Shown in pieces: positions 61,809 through 64,000 of a DNA stretch of 64,000 nt (positions are counted from its first letter, which is position 1; every line of letters begins with the position of its first letter). Source of the DNA: an uncultured bacterium (lineage in GTDB: Bacteria > Planctomycetota > Uabimicrobiia > Uabimicrobiales > JABWCH01). The notes beneath the pieces are model-generated. The model did not search any database. It had not been told where the DNA came from and saw only the letters and a program-made list of their open reading frames with translations. A program made the position numbers and the translations under genes. The DNA lies in NCBI GenBank assembly GCA_938003875.1, contig CALKWO010000414.1, positions 8,565-72,564 on the forward strand. Direction: 5' to 3'.

Positions 61809-63413
61809 ATGTCTCTGATAACATTTCTCCAGCCATACTATCTCTATCTTTTCCTTCCTCTCCTCTTGTTCCTGATCTGGCATTGGCTGAGAAAGAAACA
61901 ATATGTTTCGGTACCCTGCCTTTTGCTTTGGGAAGGAAGCAAAGCATTCAAAAAAAGTTATCTCTGGTATAGGACAGCACTGGTTTATTTGTTGGTCGCA
62001 TTTCTCCTATTTTCGATTTCCCAACCCTTGCTTTGGGAAAAAAAATTTCATTGCCTGCTTGTTCTGGACAATTCAGCAAGCATGTTGGTAAAAGAAAATC
62101 AAGAAACAAGATGGAATCAGGCTCTAAAAATTGCTAAAGGCTATATTTCCGATAAGAAGAAGGCCTGCATTGTCCTGGCTGCTCCAGAGCCATATCTTAC
62201 AACACTAGAAAGAGCAGAAAATACAATACCAGAAAAACAAAAAGGCAAACTCAGGGAAAGCATTGCTTTTGCAGAAAATCTTGCCTGGGAAAAGGAGCAA
62301 CTGATCCTTATAACAGATGGCGCAGGAGAGAATTTTTCTGACTTGATAAAGGAAATCGAGGAGAAAAAAAAGGACTATATTTTACATATCATAGGAGAAG
62401 AAACAGAAAATATTTCTTTAAAAGCACAAGCAATCATCCCAGACACGCAAGGCCATCCTGTTCTCTCTGTGGAAATCCAGAATCATGGCAAAGAAATACA
62501 GGAAAACAGAATTGTCTGTGAATGCCAGGAACAGGATTCTGCCAGCTCAAAGGTTTTGCATAGCATTCCCTTTTCTTTACAAAAGCAAAGCAGAAGAATA
62601 GAAAAAATAGTCTTGGACAATGGGAAGGAAAATCAGAAAATAAGGGTTTTCCTCGCAAGGCAGGACGCTTTTCCCTCTGACAGCGAAATCACTATCCAGA
62701 TACCTGAAAAGAAAAAGGCTAAAATCTTGCTTATTGCAGATACGCCTCAGCCTTATCTTATGGCAGCACTTTTAGGATATGCTGAGTTTATCGATCAAAA
62801 AGAAAGTATCTCTGTTTCCGATATTCTGAAAGACACAAGTGTCTATGACCTGGTCATAATCAGCAAGAAGGAATGCCCTGCTCTATCAGAAGGAAATTTT
62901 TTGCTTTGGGCAACCCGAAGCCCCTCTATTCCTGGTCTATCAGGAGAAAAAGTTTCTTCTATTGCCTGGTATAGCAATCCTTTGCATCCGCTTTCACTAC
63001 ATCTCGATTTTTTTTCTCTGGAAGTGCAAAAAGCCTGGAAATCTTTTTCTATAGAGCCAGCCAATATTCTTTTGTATGGACAATCGATTCCTTTGATATG
63101 GGAAGGTAAAACCCTGTCGGCAAACTATCTCTATGTATCTTTTGGCCTGGAAGATTCTAATTTCGCATCCTTAGCCTCTTTTCCTATTTTTATCCACAAT
63201 TGTATCCAATGGGCTTTATCAAAAAAACAAACCCAAAAAACTTCGATCCAAGTTCCTCTATCTTTCCAAAGCGATATTACGCCCTATCCTTCAAACTACC
63301 AAAACCCTGCGCCTAGAACCCAAAATATCGTCTTTAAAAATACCCTCCAGGAATGTCTGCTTTTCTCTATAGTTTGCGCATTCCTTTTACTTTGTGTGCT
63401 GGTACATCAATAA
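61809..63413 (+). CDS. BatA-N / vWA-like membrane protein (aerotolerance-operon-type)
   Basis: The N-terminus FLQPYYLYLFLPLLLFLIWHWLRKK is BatA_N-like. MIDAS LLVLDNSASM. C-terminal TM helix. Confidence 0.7.
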   Translation: MSLITFLQPYYLYLFLPLLLFLIWHWLRKKQYVSVPCLLLWEGSKAFKKSYLWYRTALVYLLVAFLLFSISQPLLWEKKFHCLLVLDNSASMLVKENQETRWNQALKIAKGYISDKKKACIVLAAPEPYLTTLERAENTIPEKQKGKLRESIAFAENLAWEKEQLILITDGAGENFSDLIKEIEEKKKDYILHIIGEETENISLKAQAIIPDTQGHPVLSVEIQNHGKEIQENRIVCECQEQDSASSKVLHSIPFSLQKQSRRIEKIVLDNGKENQKIRVFLARQDAFPSDSEITIQIPEKKKAKILLIADTPQPYLMAALLGYAEFIDQKESISVSDILKDTSVYDLVIISKKECPALSEGNFLLWATRSPSIPGLSGEKVSSIAWYSNPLHPLSLHLDFFSLEVQKAWKSFSIEPANILLYGQSIPLIWEGKTLSANYLYVSFGLEDSNFASLASFPIFIHNCIQWALSKKQTQKTSIQVPLSFQSDITPYPSNYQNPAPRTQNIVFKNTLQECLLFSIVCAFLLLCVLVHQ

Positions 63414-63431
63414 GTTATTGACAGAAAAGAT

Positions 63432-64000
63432 ATGAAAATAGAAAAACAAATAGAATACTTAAAAGAAGAAAAAAATTATATCTGTAAAGGGACTTCTGAA
63501 GAGGCCATACTTTCAGGCAGAGTATTTGCTCAAGGAAAAGGAATCTATCTGGAAGATATAGATGGCAATCGTTATATGGATTTTTCTTCAGGAATTTTCA
63601 CCAACATTCTTGGGACAGCACATCCACGTCTGGTACAAGAAGTCCAGGCGCAGGTTGGCAGTCTGTGGAATGTTCATGATTTTGCAACTCCCCAGAGGCT
63701 AGATTTGGCAAAGGCCTTAAAAAAAGTTTTACCCTCTGGCATGGAAAGATTTTATTTCTGCACGACAGGCTCAGAGGCTATAGAAGCTGCTATCCGAGCT
63801 GTATCCTGCTATGTAGGGGCATCAAGAAAAAATATAGGAGCACTGAGATATGGATTTCATGGAAAAACTCTAGGCTCCAGGATGCTGGTGAACTGGCAAG
63901 TCGGTAATTTTTATTCTTCCAGTAACTCTATTCAGGGCTATGCTGCTTATTGCTATCGCTGCCCCTTCGAATTGAAATACCCTGGCTGCAATATGCTGTG
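63432..64000 (+). CDS. Class-III (PLP-dependent) aminotransferase, 3' end beyond the window
   Basis: The frame is open from ATG 63432 to the window end. GIYLEDIDGNRYMDFSSGIFTNILGTAHP, FFCTTGSEAIEAAIR, GFHGKT. Confidence 0.8.
   Translation, partial: MKIEKQIEYLKEEKNYICKGTSEEAILSGRVFAQGKGIYLEDIDGNRYMDFSSGIFTNILGTAHPRLVQEVQAQVGSLWNVHDFATPQRLDLAKALKKVLPSGMERFYFCTTGSEAIEAAIRAVSCYVGASRKNIGALRYGFHGKTLGSRMLVNWQVGNFYSSSNSIQGYAAYCYRCPFELKYPGCNML

Noticed and set aside
1-64000. tRNA, rRNA, tmRNA, SRP or RNase P RNA genes and riboswitches in the larger spacers (1-234, 3260-3520, 19562-19866, 24173-24503, 26191-26686, 46024-46435, 48421-48883, 51747-52131, 53161-53491, 57691-57877)
   Set aside because: By eye I found no cloverleaf-compatible segments with GTTCRANNC T-loops, no conserved SRP or tmRNA motifs, and no recognisable riboswitch cores. 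A tRNAscan or Infernal run would be needed for certainty.

Overview
AT-rich bacterial chromosomal window with about 47 protein-coding genes on both strands. I found no rRNA, tRNA or CRISPR array. Housekeeping genes: groES-groEL, clpC, rsfS, murJ, an MlaF/MlaD-like pair, a MoxR AAA+ ATPase, an NAD-dependent sugar epimerase, an ABC-2 exporter pair, a YqeC-like protein and a class-III aminotransferase cut by the window end. Envelope and secreted proteins are abundant: a DUF11-repeat protein, an ~1847-aa alpha-2-macroglobulin with a CLEQ thioester, an M4 thermolysin-like protease, a DNase I-like nuclease, a lipase-like hydrolase, several LamG / PEP-CTERM proteins, a six-blade YWTD (LDL-receptor class B) lipoprotein and a TLDc-like PEP-CTERM protein. 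A co-directional signalling cluster reads cytochrome-b-like membrane protein, membrane pseudokinase, Ser/Thr kinase with MshEN-like motifs, FGE/SUMF1-domain protein. The gene content (PEP-CTERM, DUF11, FGE plus STK, MoxR/BatA, GT39, bacterial PARG) suggests a PVC-group / Planctomycetota-like or related uncultured lineage; this is inference only. The most unusual signals are non-coding. (1) A multi-copy family of intergenic hairpins has arms built from three tandem short words; the word differs at each locus but the two arms stay complementary, and the A/T flanks are conserved. (2) A second REP/MITE-like family (GCAGGGTTGCGC ... GCGCAATCCCTGC) sits at gene 3' ends. (3) A 103-bp MITE-like insertion has 11-bp terminal inverted repeats and an 8-bp target duplication, and its empty-site paralog lies 0.9 kb away. 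(4) A very AT-rich two-gene cassette of unknown function (52.1-53.2 kb) is bracketed by two hairpins with the same architecture (6 bp, bulged G, lower stem, similar loop and tail) but covarying stems. Candidate protein-level systems are flagged as hypotheses only.
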